Source: a virus. Taken from it: 64,000 nt of DNA. Where the stretch lies: positions 55,207 to 119,206 of the IMG/VR virus record IMGVR_UViG_3300038406_000196. One strand, written 5' to 3'. Within the stretch, counting starts at the first letter, position 1, and each line of letters starts with the position of its first letter. The position numbers and the translations under genes are program-made. The notes under the pieces were generated by a model. It saw only the letters and a list, made by a program, of their open reading frames with translations. It ran no database searches and was not told where the DNA came from. Shown here one piece after another: positions 16,827 to 25,931 of this stretch.

Positions 16827-16936
16827 ACATCTGGCGATCCCGCAAGTCCAAGGAGCCTGTCAACCGGCGGCTCCAGTGGCTGGGCACTGCCCTGCTGGTG
16901 GCCGGGGTCATCGGCCTGCTGGCGGAGTTGACGTGA
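16823..16936 (+). CDS. Small membrane peptide (37 aa, not in the ORF track)
   Basis: ATGA/GTGA coupling at both ends; one TM helix. Confidence 0.6.
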   Translation: MNIWRSRKSKEPVNRRLQWLGTALLVAGVIGLLAELT

Positions 16937-19900
16937 GCGAGTACGAGGTGCAGCCTCCGCGCGAGGACTTTGACGCCAAGCCACTGCCGGCGTGGAGGCG
17001 CAGCGGGTTGGCGGTTGGGCGGACGCTGGTGTGGCTGAGGCTGGTCCGGCCGGCTGGCGAGCCTGTGACCAGGGGAAACGGCCGCGGGTTGGTGCGGCGG
17101 GCCGGTCGGTGGCTGGTTGTGCGGGGGCTGGCGAGTGCGGCGTTCCGGCCGGGCCGGTGGGCTGCCGGGGGAGCCGCTCTGCTGCTGATTTCGCCTCTGC
17201 CGTGGCAGTCAATCCTGATTACTCTCAGTGCCTACGGCCTAACTCCTGTTGCGGCGACCTGTGATCGCTACGCGTCAAGGTCGACAACTATCCTATCGGC
17301 CGTGTCAAGGCGGGTCAAGAGCCTCAGGCTCGCCCGTCGACTCAAGAACGGCTGGCTGCCGGAGATGGGGCGGCTCGGTCTGACGCAACGCCGGGAGCGA
17401 CGGAACGAGACCATCACCATCGCCCCGAACCTCGGCACCATCACTCTCACCGACTGGGGCGTGCGGTGCGACCGCATCAGCCTCCAGGATCTCGGCCTGC
17501 CGGTGTCCGAACTCGCGAAGTACCGCGGGCACCTCGCGTCCCGGTTCCGGGTGCCGTGGTGCGCCATCGAGGAGGTCACCTCCGGCGTAGCCCAGATGGA
17601 GATGCGCCACTCCGACCCGCTGGCCGAGCCCGTCCGGGTGGAAGACCTGCCCGCGCCCAAGCGGCAGCTGCACGTGGTGACCCGAGTGACCGAGGAAGGC
17701 GACGGGCTGGAGCAGGAAGTGGTGCTCCCCCACTTGGTGATAGGCGGGCAAGGCTCGGGCAAGGCGCTGGCCCTGGATACTCCGATCCCCACCCCCAACG
17801 GCTGGACGACGATGGGGGCGCTACAGACCGGCGACCGCGTGTTCGACGAGCGCGGCCAGGCGTGCAAGGTCACCAAGGCGTACCCCGTCCTGCACGGCCG
17901 CCCCTGCTACGAGGTGGAGTTCTCCGACGGCACCGTGATCGTTGCCGACGCTGACCACCAGTGGATCACCGAGACCCGAGCCGAACGGGTACGTGCCGGG
18001 CGAGGCGGCTACAGCGGTCGTGCGCCGTACTCCGACGAACAGCTCGCGCTAGTGAGGTCCCGCGCTGCGGCTGCGATGGTCGAGCCGGACCGGCTGGTAA
18101 CCCTGCCCGAGATAGCGGCAGAGGTCGGGCTGCATCCCACCTCTGGGGTGCTTCACCGAGTAGGTCGGCAGATCGGCGTCGCGGGCGTGGTGCTGCGGCC
18201 GAACACGACACCCCGGGGGAAGCCCTGCCAGTCACCCAAGCAGGGCTACCCCCGCCAACTGCTGTTCAAAGCACTCCTTGAGGCGATGTCGACGCCGAAG
18301 AACTCGCATCGAATTGCGAGGCACGGCGGGACCGTGACCACAGCTGAGATCGCAAGCACCCTGCGTGAGGTCGGTGGCGCGGCAAGGCATGCCGTTCTGG
18401 TGGCTGGGCCTCTTGACTACCCGGAAGCCGAACTCCCGGTTCCCCCGTACGTGCTCGGGGCGTGGCTTGGGGACGGTACCTCGGCGTCGGCAACGTTCAC
18501 CACGGCCGATCCGGAGATCATCGACCACATCAGGGCCGAAGGCGTGGTGGCCAAGCACTACGGTCGCTATCTCTACGGGCTTTCGCTGCCCTTTGTCGTT
18601 GACGAGCGGCAGCGGCGGTGCCCCTGCGGGAATTGGGCGCTGCCGCGGCTGGACCGTTGTGGGCTATGCGCTTCACGAAACGCAGCCACCTGCGTCGTGT
18701 GTGGCGCACGTTGCCGGGGTGTTCGGTGTGGTTCCTGCGTGAACGCCACCCGTACCCTGACCGGGACTCTCCGCACGCTCGGCGTTCTGCCTGGCAAGCA
18801 CATTCCCCGGGCGTACCTGCAAGCATCCGTCCAGCAACGCCGTGCCCTCCTGGCCGGGCTACTGGACACCGACGGCAGCTGCACGGTTCGCGGTACCGTG
18901 GAGTTCTATTCCACGAACGAACGCCTAGCCCGCGGCGTTCTTGAGCTGTCCATCGGCCTTGGCTACAAGGCAACGCTGAGGAGTAAGACGGCCAGGCTTG
19001 AGGGTCGAGACTGCGGCGTCGCCTGGACCGTAGCTTTCACCGCGCACGAGCCGGTGTTCCGTCTGGCGAGAAAGGCGGAACGACAGCGCTTCGTGACCCA
19101 GCGTTCGCGGAGCCGGCGGCGGTACATCATCTCCGCCGGTCCGGTGCCGTCCGTCCCGGTGCGGTGCATCCAGGTCGACAGCCCGAGTCACCTCTACCTG
19201 GCCAGCGAGGGCTGCGTAGCTACTCATAACAGCACGGACCTGTGGACATACTTCCACCAGCTCCAGGAAGCCGAGATCCCGTTCCGGGCCCGGGTGTTCG
19301 ACCCGAAGGGCGGCATGGAGCTGGGCGAGCTGCGTCACGCCGCGTACGTCTACGAGTCGAAGGCGACCGCGTGGCCGGACTTCCTCGGGAAGGGGTTGAC
19401 GGCGCTGGAGGGCCGCCAGAGGAGCCTGGCTCGGCGTGGTTGGCAGAAGCTGTACCGCTTCACCGAGCACGACCCGCTGGACGTGATGGTGATCGACGAA
19501 CTGCTCGCGGTGCTGGCGATGCGGAACAAGGACGTGCAGATCGGCAAGACCGGCACGCTGAAGGCGGGTGACGCGTTCGACCTGTACCTGAGCCAGGCCC
19601 GCGCGGCCGGGTTCACCGTCATCGCCCTGTCCCAGCTCGGGCAGAAGGAGCTGATCGGTCATGCGCGGGGCCTGTTCCCGCACCTCACCGTGCTGCGGGT
19701 TCCCCAGTCGGAGAAGGAGATCGTGGACCGGCTGCTCGGGTCGGCCGACCGGTATCCGGCGCACCTGATCCCGGCTACGCGGTGGAGCGCCGGTATCGGC
19801 TACTCGCGCATGGAGTCAGGTCGGATCGTCCGTACCCGCGGAGCGCGGCTGTCCGAGGACCAGCGGGAGCTAGTGGTCGAGCGGATGGAGTCCGCGAAGC

Positions 19901-19950
19901 GGGGCCGGGCGAAAGACCAAGACCATGAGATGGCGGAGGCGGCAGCATGA
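16933..19950 (+). CDS. FtsK/SpoIIIE (TraB-like) ATPase interrupted by an intein
   Basis: PHLVIGGQGSGK|S Walker A, FDPKGGMEL, VMVIDE Walker B, ARAAGF...LSQ. Confidence 0.9.
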   Translation: MSEYEVQPPREDFDAKPLPAWRRSGLAVGRTLVWLRLVRPAGEPVTRGNGRGLVRRAGRWLVVRGLASAAFRPGRWAAGGAALLLISPLPWQSILITLSAYGLTPVAATCDRYASRSTTILSAVSRRVKSLRLARRLKNGWLPEMGRLGLTQRRERRNETITIAPNLGTITLTDWGVRCDRISLQDLGLPVSELAKYRGHLASRFRVPWCAIEEVTSGVAQMEMRHSDPLAEPVRVEDLPAPKRQLHVVTRVTEEGDGLEQEVVLPHLVIGGQGSGKALALDTPIPTPNGWTTMGALQTGDRVFDERGQACKVTKAYPVLHGRPCYEVEFSDGTVIVADADHQWITETRAERVRAGRGGYSGRAPYSDEQLALVRSRAAAAMVEPDRLVTLPEIAAEVGLHPTSGVLHRVGRQIGVAGVVLRPNTTPRGKPCQSPKQGYPRQLLFKALLEAMSTPKNSHRIARHGGTVTTAEIASTLREVGGAARHAVLVAGPLDYPEAELPVPPYVLGAWLGDGTSASATFTTADPEIIDHIRAEGVVAKHYGRYLYGLSLPFVVDERQRRCPCGNWALPRLDRCGLCASRNAATCVVCGARCRGVRCGSCVNATRTLTGTLRTLGVLPGKHIPRAYLQASVQQRRALLAGLLDTDGSCTVRGTVEFYSTNERLARGVLELSIGLGYKATLRSKTARLEGRDCGVAWTVAFTAHEPVFRLARKAERQRFVTQRSRSRRRYIISAGPVPSVPVRCIQVDSPSHLYLASEGCVATHNSTDLWTYFHQLQEAEIPFRARVFDPKGGMELGELRHAAYVYESKATAWPDFLGKGLTALEGRQRSLARRGWQKLYRFTEHDPLDVMVIDELLAVLAMRNKDVQIGKTGTLKAGDAFDLYLSQARAAGFTVIALSQLGQKELIGHARGLFPHLTVLRVPQSEKEIVDRLLGSADRYPAHLIPATRWSAGIGYSRMESGRIVRTRGARLSEDQRELVVERMESAKRGRAKDQDHEMAEAAA
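17290..17318 (-). promoter_or_regulatory. Antisense promoter candidate inside the FtsK gene
   Basis: TTGACC-N17-TAGGAT on the minus strand in a locally AT-richer patch. Confidence 0.45.
17764..19230 (+). mobile_element. Class 3 intein (489 aa) with LAGLIDADG homing endonuclease
   Basis: Starts ALALDTPIPTP, ends ATHN|S; W (ADHQW), C (VRCIQV), T (THN) triad; LGAWLGDG and LLAGLLDTDG motifs. Confidence 0.92.
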
Positions 19951-20324
19951 CCACCGCGGGCCGACGCAACCTCGGCGGTGGACTGATGCTGACCGCGGTA
20001 GGCGATGCGGACCTGGCGCCGCTCGGCGTGATCGAGGGTGTCGAGCTGGACGAGTGCGTCTTCGTGATCGACAACGGGCGCCTGGACGTGGCCGGCGAGC
20101 GGATGGTCCGGACCAGCGCCGAGCGCGCCGCCGTTTGGGTGGTGTTCACCCGTCATCGACTCACGTGCCCCGGCGGGGTCGATCCGGTGCTGTGTGGCTG
20201 CACGCCCGACCCGGAGGACTTCCACGTCTACGAAGCCGAGCCCGGCGCGGAGGGCGCGATACCGGTTCGGCCAGACGAGCCAGCCGGCCCGCGGCGGCGC
20301 GAGAAGGCGGGAGCGGCGGCATGA
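19947..20324 (+). CDS. Hypothetical protein
   Basis: ATGA coupling. Confidence 0.6.
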   Translation: MTTAGRRNLGGGLMLTAVGDADLAPLGVIEGVELDECVFVIDNGRLDVAGERMVRTSAERAAVWVVFTRHRLTCPGGVDPVLCGCTPDPEDFHVYEAEPGAEGAIPVRPDEPAGPRRREKAGAAA

Positions 20325-20866
20325 CCGAGCGGGAACACTACGAGTTCCTGACCGGCCCACCCGAGTGGGTGCAGCGGCAGGTCGAGCAGCGGTGGCGCAC
20401 CGGGAAACTGCTCGGCGTCACCCAGGCCAGGCCGGACCCTGAGGGCTGCCGGGTTCGGCTGCGGCTGGCCGGCCCCGCACCGGTCCAGCCTGCCCGGCAG
20501 ACGACACCTGCCCGACGCTCCGCTGCGGATCCGGCCGCGGTGTGGCCTCGGACGACCCTGCTGGGACAGACCCGGCCGGTGGCGGCGAGGGACTGGAGCC
20601 CCGCAGTGCGGCCGGTGCTACTGGCCGTAGGCGGGCTGGCCCTGCTGGTTGGGGTGCTGTGGCTGGTCGTGGCCGCGGTGACCGGTGCCGTCCGGGCTGC
20701 CACGCAGAACGTGCCGGTGTTGCTGCTGGCCCTGATCGCTGCGGGCATCGCCGGCCGGCTGTGGCTGCGGTGGTGGCTGCGGAACCGGGGCCGCTCCAGT
20801 GGCGGCAGTGGCGGGGCGTGCTCCGGGCTGGTGCAGCACTGCAACGGCTGCTCGGAGCACCGCTGA
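20321..20866 (+). CDS. Membrane protein (Spd-like) with C-terminal C...HCxxC
   Basis: Two TM helices; CSGLVQHCNGC. Confidence 0.65.
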   Translation: MTEREHYEFLTGPPEWVQRQVEQRWRTGKLLGVTQARPDPEGCRVRLRLAGPAPVQPARQTTPARRSAADPAAVWPRTTLLGQTRPVAARDWSPAVRPVLLAVGGLALLVGVLWLVVAAVTGAVRAATQNVPVLLLALIAAGIAGRLWLRWWLRNRGRSSGGSGGACSGLVQHCNGCSEHR

Positions 20867-21039
20867 TGGCGTTCATGTTCGTACCCGCGCTGATGGCGGC
20901 ACTGACCCCGGACTGCCCGATAGAGGAGCTGTTGATGGACCTTTGGATCTTGGTAGCCGGCGGGGTGGTCGCCGTCCTTGTGTTCTACGGCTTCGTGGCG
21001 CTGCACCTCAAGCGGCAATACCAGCGGCGGAGGAGGTGA
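20866..21039 (+). CDS. Small membrane protein
   Basis: TM helix plus basic tail; start may be 20935. Confidence 0.5.
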   Translation: MAFMFVPALMAALTPDCPIEELLMDLWILVAGGVVAVLVFYGFVALHLKRQYQRRRR

Positions 21040-21155
21040 CGGTGGTGAGCCGTGCCAGGACGAGAGCCAGGACACGACGACGCCGAGCCACGCGTCGCGA
21101 CCGTCACGACCGGCGCACCCGCCGGCCCATGACCCGCAGAAAGGGGGTGAGAAAC

Positions 21156-21341
21156 ATGAAGGAGACCTTCTGGGTTTTCGTCTCTTGGGTTGCAGCAACC
21201 GGCGGCCTGGCCTACGTGACCATGAACGCCGTTCCCGAGTCTGACCCGATGCTGATGGTGGGTGGCAGCGCCGCCCTGTCGGGGCTCGTGGTCGGCGTTG
21301 TCGCCCACATGGTGGTGCCGAAGCGGAAGAAGCGGGCGTGA
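21156..21341 (+). CDS. Small two-TM protein
   Basis: RBS, two hydrophobic segments. Confidence 0.6.
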   Translation: MKETFWVFVSWVAATGGLAYVTMNAVPESDPMLMVGGSAALSGLVVGVVAHMVVPKRKKRA

Positions 21342-21559
21342 ACTTCGTCCCGGTCCAGCCGCGCCGCCAGCCACGCAGGTCCGGCTGGCGGCTGTGGCTG
21401 CTGTTCGCCTGGCGGTGGGCGGTCGTCGGCTTCCTGGCCTCAGCCACCGTCTGGGCGACGGTGCAGTGGGCCACCGAACCCGACGTGCCCGCCTCTGCTG
21501 TTCCGGTGGTGGCCGGGCTGTACGTGCTGATGGTGTTCGCTGCGGCGGCACCCCGATGA
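21338..21559 (+). CDS. Small two-TM protein
   Basis: GTGA coupling. Confidence 0.6.
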   Translation: MNFVPVQPRRQPRRSGWRLWLLFAWRWAVVGFLASATVWATVQWATEPDVPASAVPVVAGLYVLMVFAAAAPR

Positions 21560-21631
21560 CCGGGAGGGAGGTGAGGACATGACGACTGCGGCACAGGGCC
21601 TGCGTAAGCGCTGACCGGTAGGAGGAGCGAC

Positions 21632-21727
21632 ATGGCACGGGACAACACGCCGCGGTGCCCCCACTGCGGTGCTCGCAACCCGCACGGCACCGCCTGCCAG
21701 GCCAAGCCGCGCGACAACAGCAAGTAG
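21632..21727 (+). CDS. 31-aa zinc-finger-like peptide (not in the ORF track)
   Basis: aggaggag RBS; CPHCGARNPHGTAC. Confidence 0.5.
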   Translation: MARDNTPRCPHCGARNPHGTACQAKPRDNSK

Positions 21728-21823
21728 CGCCGGGCGGTGAACGCCTGTCCGGCGCGCGTCCCCGTCCCGGACAGGTCTTGACCGGCCGGAACCGGCACCA
21801 ACGATGGAGAGAGGCAGACAGCA

Positions 21824-22099
21824 GTGGACCACGAGTGGTTCGGCGCGCTGGTCGACCAGTATCCGATCGCCCTCATCATCTGGGGCGCGATCGGGCTGAT
21901 CCTGGGCGGCTTCTTTCCGGGCTGGCCCGGTAAACGCTCGTACCCGACGATCGCGATCGTGATGTTGGCGGGCTCTGTTGCCGTGCTGGCCGGGTGGGCT
22001 GGCTGGCCGTTCGATCTCGCGTTCATCGCCGGCTGGCTCGTCCTGACCGGCTGGTGCGTGATCGGCGCCCTGCTCGCGCCGGCCGGCGGGCGCCGATGA
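21824..22099 (+). CDS. Three-TM membrane protein
   Basis: Hydrophobic segments. Confidence 0.65.
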   Translation: MDHEWFGALVDQYPIALIIWGAIGLILGGFFPGWPGKRSYPTIAIVMLAGSVAVLAGWAGWPFDLAFIAGWLVLTGWCVIGALLAPAGGRR

Positions 22100-22629
22100 G
22101 CGGGCGGGTGCTGGGCCCGGCGATCCTGGTGGTCTGCCTGGTCGCTGGCGTGTATGTGATGGAAAACCGCGCCGAGCAGGCGGGCGCCGACCCTGCGGGT
22201 TCGAGCTCGAACCGGGGCTGCCCGGCGGAGGTGGCCGGCTGGGACCGGAAGCAGACCGCCAACGCCAAGGTCATCGTCCGGGTGGCCGGCGAGCTGGACA
22301 TGCCCGACCGGGCCGTGGTGGTGGCTCTGGCAACGGCGATGCAGGAGTCCAACGTGCGCAACGTTGACCACGGCCCACCCGGTGAGGACTCGGCGGGCGT
22401 GTTCCAGCAGCGGCCGAGCCAGGGGTGGGGGAGCCGTGCCCAGGTGATGGACGTCGAGCACGCCGCGACGTCGTTCTTCCTGTCGCTGCGGAAGGTTGAC
22501 GGCTGGGAGGACATGCGGGTCACCGACGCCGCCCAGCGGGTACAGCGGTCAGCGTTCCCGGAGGCGTACCAGAAGCATGTCCCAGCGGCGCGGAAGCTGG
22601 CGAAGAAGCTGCGGGGCTGCCGGCGCTGA
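22096..22629 (+). CDS. Secreted lysozyme-like (peptidoglycan-acting) domain protein
   Basis: Signal/TM then ALATAMQES...DSAGVFQQRPSQGWG...AAQRVQRSAFP, a domain often paired with NlpC/P60 or M23 in actinobacteria. Confidence 0.75.
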   Translation: MSGRVLGPAILVVCLVAGVYVMENRAEQAGADPAGSSSNRGCPAEVAGWDRKQTANAKVIVRVAGELDMPDRAVVVALATAMQESNVRNVDHGPPGEDSAGVFQQRPSQGWGSRAQVMDVEHAATSFFLSLRKVDGWEDMRVTDAAQRVQRSAFPEAYQKHVPAARKLAKKLRGCRR

Positions 22630-22666
22630 TCGCCCCGTGACCCGCAGCCTGAGCGCTGGGGCCTGC

Positions 22667-23155
22667 TCACGGGATGCGGTCAAGTGCATCGACTGGCCAG
22701 CGGGCCTTAGCCCACTGTGCGGCGTCGGCGATCATCGCGGGAAGCTCCGCCGGCGTGTCCAGGGCGGACACTTCGCCGAGTGATACCCAGCGAGCGGCGC
22801 CGACTTCATCGAGCTGTGCGGAGAGGTCTCCCGAGGACGCCCGCAGCACGTAGACAAGGTCGATGTGGCGGTGGAACCCGACCTTGGTGTCGGTGACGTC
22901 CATCTCGACGATCGCGTAGGGCGGGGCGTGGGTGGTGACTGCGGGGTGGGTGAACAGCGGGTCGCTGATGACCTGCGTCTGCAGGCTTGTCTCCTCCAGC
23001 ACTTCACGCTGGGCGGCCTGGGCCGGGTCTTCGTTGGGGTCGATGTGCCCGCCGGGGTAGAGCCATTGGCCGAGCTTGTTGTGGTGCACCAGCAGCACCT
23101 GCCCGTGGTCGTCGAAGACGATCGCTGAGGCGGTGAAGTGGCGGATGCCGGTCAT
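22667..23155 (-). CDS. Nudix hydrolase
   Basis: PGGHIDPNEDPAQAAQREVLEETSL Nudix box. Confidence 0.92.
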   Translation of the reverse strand: MTGIRHFTASAIVFDDHGQVLLVHHNKLGQWLYPGGHIDPNEDPAQAAQREVLEETSLQTQVISDPLFTHPAVTTHAPPYAIVEMDVTDTKVGFHRHIDLVYVLRASSGDLSAQLDEVGAARWVSLGEVSALDTPAELPAMIADAAQWAKARWPVDALDRIP

Positions 23156-23215
23156 GGTGTAGTTCCTCCGCGGGCGATAGAGGCAACGCGTGGCGCCGCC
23201 GACCAGTTGGGATCG

Positions 23216-23776
23216 CTAGAACAACGACGGGGCTTCCTGACCCTGCAGTGCCTCGACGGTCCCCGCAGACGTGGCGAGGTGCACGAACAGCCGAGCGGTG
23301 ACCAGAGCGTCGTACGTCGCCCGGTGGGGCTTCAGGTTAGGCGCGAGGTCGGCGTCCAGGTTCAGGTCGGCGACCAGTGCGCCGAGCCGGTAGCTGGGCC
23401 GGCCCGGCATCAGCCGGCGAGCAAGCTTCAGGGTGTCGAGCACCGTCGGTGGCTGCCAATCGGTGAGCTTGCTCCGTAGGACGCCGACGTCGACGTGGGC
23501 TGCGTGGGCTACAAGGACGTCCACCGCGAGGGCGTCGCGTACCTCGCTCTCGACGGCGGCGAAGTCGGGAGCGTCTGCCACGTCCTGGTTGGTGATCCCG
23601 TGGACCTTGGTCGCCATGTAGGCGATCTTCGACGCGGGGCGCAACAGCCACGACGACGGATCTCCGACGTTCCCGCCGACGATGGGGGCCACGGCCAACT
23701 CGACCAGGTCGGGTGGCTGCTGGCCGTTGCCCTCCACGTCAACCACTGCGTATCGGCAGCCCGTCAAGTCGATCAT
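23216..23776 (-). CDS. DEDDh 3'-5' exonuclease (DnaQ-like)
   Basis: VVDVEG, AHAAHVD, LDTL, HRATYDA. Confidence 0.9.
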   Translation of the reverse strand: MIDLTGCRYAVVDVEGNGQQPPDLVELAVAPIVGGNVGDPSSWLLRPASKIAYMATKVHGITNQDVADAPDFAAVESEVRDALAVDVLVAHAAHVDVGVLRSKLTDWQPPTVLDTLKLARRLMPGRPSYRLGALVADLNLDADLAPNLKPHRATYDALVTARLFVHLATSAGTVEALQGQEAPSLF

Positions 23777-23916
23777 CCGATGCAGCCTATGTCAGCGCGG
23801 CCGTGCCTCGGGGCATGATGCGGGTGGCTGATGCTAGGGCGGCGGGAACCCAGTAGCGCCCGCGCGCGGACGCGTTGTGCACCTGCCTGACCAGCGCCTC
23901 TCGAACGTTGGTGCCG

Positions 23917-24093
23917 CTAGTCGCCCTGCGGGTCGTGACGAGGGCAGCCCGGGACGCCGCACCGGCTCCGGTGGCCGGGCCGGCACAGCTGTTCCAGTTC
24001 CTCGCGGCTCATGTCCCGCAGGTCGGCGGTGGCCTCCATGATCCGCTGCTCCCGGTCCGGGTCATCCGGTGGCATCTGGCGTGGGCGGGTCAT
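23917..24093 (-). CDS. Small hypothetical protein
   Basis: ATGA coupling to the XRE gene. Confidence 0.5.
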   Translation of the reverse strand: MTRPRQMPPDDPDREQRIMEATADLRDMSREELEQLCRPGHRSRCGVPGCPRHDPQGD

Positions 24094-25292
24094 ACCGCCA
24101 GTGTCTCCCACGGATGCGGACCGGGAGCGGCGTACCCCCGCAGCTCGTCCAGCTCGTCGGAGCGGTGGCCGGCGGGGACCACTGCGAGCAGGTCGGCAAC
24201 GCCGAGGCCGACGATCCGTACGTCGCCGGGAAGGGTCCGGGCCGCCAGAAGGGCGTAGCGGATGCCGTCGGCAACGTCGCCTGCCCGGACCATCGCCAAC
24301 CCGTAGTAGATCTTGGCGTCGGCGTGCCACACCGGCAAGCCACGCAGCAGCGGCTCGGCGTCGGCCCACACCCGCTGCACCGCAGGCCACGGGCCGGTGC
24401 GGCACTCCAGGTAGTGGGCGAACTGCATGGTCCGCTGCACCGCCCCGCCGGGGGTTTCGGCGTCGGGGAGGTGCTCGGCGAGGTCACGCATCCCACCGAC
24501 CGCCTGCCGGCCGGCGGCAAGGTCGCCGGTGAGGGCGTGGACGTGCACCAGCGCCGAGTACGCCTCCACCGCGCCCAAGCTGGCGAGTCGGCTGAGTGTC
24601 AGCGCCTCGTCGGCGCGGGTCACCGTCTCGGTCACCGTGGCACCTTCGTACAGGCTGCGGGATGCGGTCCGGCCGCGGGTCCACACCTGCACCGGCTTGT
24701 CTCCAGCCCGGTCGGCCAGCGCAGTGGCGGTGCGGTACCAGCCCCATGCGTCGGGGATGTCGCCGGCGTTGCCGCGCCACAGCCCGTACAGCTGCCCCAG
24801 CTGGGCTGCGGCGCGGGTGATCTCGGGGGTGGGCTTGTCGGCGAGCTGCTGGCGGGCGACCATCAGCTGCCCGACGAGCGACTGGCCGTAGGCGGGCGAC
24901 GGGTCGACGGCGAGCCGGCGGGCATAGTCGCCGACCACCGCGTCCCAGTCGGTTGGCTGGTCGGCGTTGTCGAGTAGCCCGTTGCGGACGATGCCTGCCA
25001 GCGCTTCCAGGCCGGGGAGTCCAGCTCCACCTGCGGTGGTGATCCCGGCCAGTAGTGTCCTGCGCCTCATGACGTCTCCCTCCATCTCCAGCCCCACCAG
25101 CGTGGTCAGCAGCGGGGTAGTACCGAGCGCGCGGTCACACGCTGCGGCGAGTTCGGGTGTGGCTCGTCGCTTCCCGGTCTCCACGTAGCTGATCAACTGC
25201 TTGGTCGTGTATGCGCGTGCTGCCAGGGCTGCCGTGCTGAGTCGCGCGGCAACCCGAATTGATCTCAACACGTCGCCGACGGATTCCGCCAT
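24090..25292 (-). CDS. XRE-family HTH regulator with helical-repeat C-terminus
   Basis: LRSIR...QLISYVETGKRRAT; MRRRTLL linker; TPR-like tail. Confidence 0.85.
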   Translation of the reverse strand: MAESVGDVLRSIRVAARLSTAALAARAYTTKQLISYVETGKRRATPELAAACDRALGTTPLLTTLVGLEMEGDVMRRRTLLAGITTAGGAGLPGLEALAGIVRNGLLDNADQPTDWDAVVGDYARRLAVDPSPAYGQSLVGQLMVARQQLADKPTPEITRAAAQLGQLYGLWRGNAGDIPDAWGWYRTATALADRAGDKPVQVWTRGRTASRSLYEGATVTETVTRADEALTLSRLASLGAVEAYSALVHVHALTGDLAAGRQAVGGMRDLAEHLPDAETPGGAVQRTMQFAHYLECRTGPWPAVQRVWADAEPLLRGLPVWHADAKIYYGLAMVRAGDVADGIRYALLAARTLPGDVRIVGLGVADLLAVVPAGHRSDELDELRGYAAPGPHPWETLAV

Positions 25293-25598
25293 GATCGGAC
25301 CTCTTTGTTGACCGCTGTTGACGGTTGGGGTCTTTGTCCCACGATAGGTGAGCGGCAGGCTACCAGGTAGAGGTGATGGCCGTCACGAACGGCGTCCGTA
25401 GGGCTCCGGCCCGGCCATCACCTCGGGGCCTGGACCTTCCCGCCCGCGCCGGCTGCCTCCCCCAGGGGCCGGAGCGACAGCGGCCTCACAAGCTGCGGGG
25501 TTCAGTCCTCCGCCAGAGACGGGGGTGCGGGCGATCCGGCCGGATTGTCCCCGCACCCCCGTCCCCAGACGCGAGAGGTGGAACCGTTGAGCGCGAAG

Positions 25599-25931
25599 CT
25601 ATCTCACGACGTGCACGTATGCCCTCACGAAGAACGACTCCACCATCGCCGCGTGCAGATGACCGGCCACGGCGACATCGCCCTCGATCCCACACACCAC
25701 GTGCACGTGGACCTGGCCGTCCACGACCTCCCCGGTGCCGGTCAGCTCGCCCGGCTGGTCGTAGACGGTCACGATGTCCCGGGTGGCGTCGTGCGCGGCC
25801 ATGGTGGAGATCACGAACGAGTCGACACCGCCGACCAGCTGCATGCCCGCGTTGCGGATCCCGCGTTCGGCGACCGCCTTCCGCAGCTCCTCCACCACAT
25901 CACCTTCGCGGATGTCAATCAGAATCGTCAC
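25599..25931 (-). CDS. PPC (DUF296) domain protein
   Basis: ELTGTG...VHVHVVCG...AGHL. Confidence 0.8.
   Translation of the reverse strand: MTILIDIREGDVVEELRKAVAERGIRNAGMQLVGGVDSFVISTMAAHDATRDIVTVYDQPGELTGTGEVVDGQVHVHVVCGIEGDVAVAGHLHAAMVESFFVRAYVHVVR

Noticed and set aside
16286-17212. Minus-strand ORF downstream of the antisense promoter
   Set aside because: Low-complexity Pro/Ala/Arg translation with no motif; overlaps real genes.
20338-22461. 707-aa minus-strand ORF
   Set aside because: Antisense to a coupled run of RBS-bearing genes; a typical high-GC artefact.
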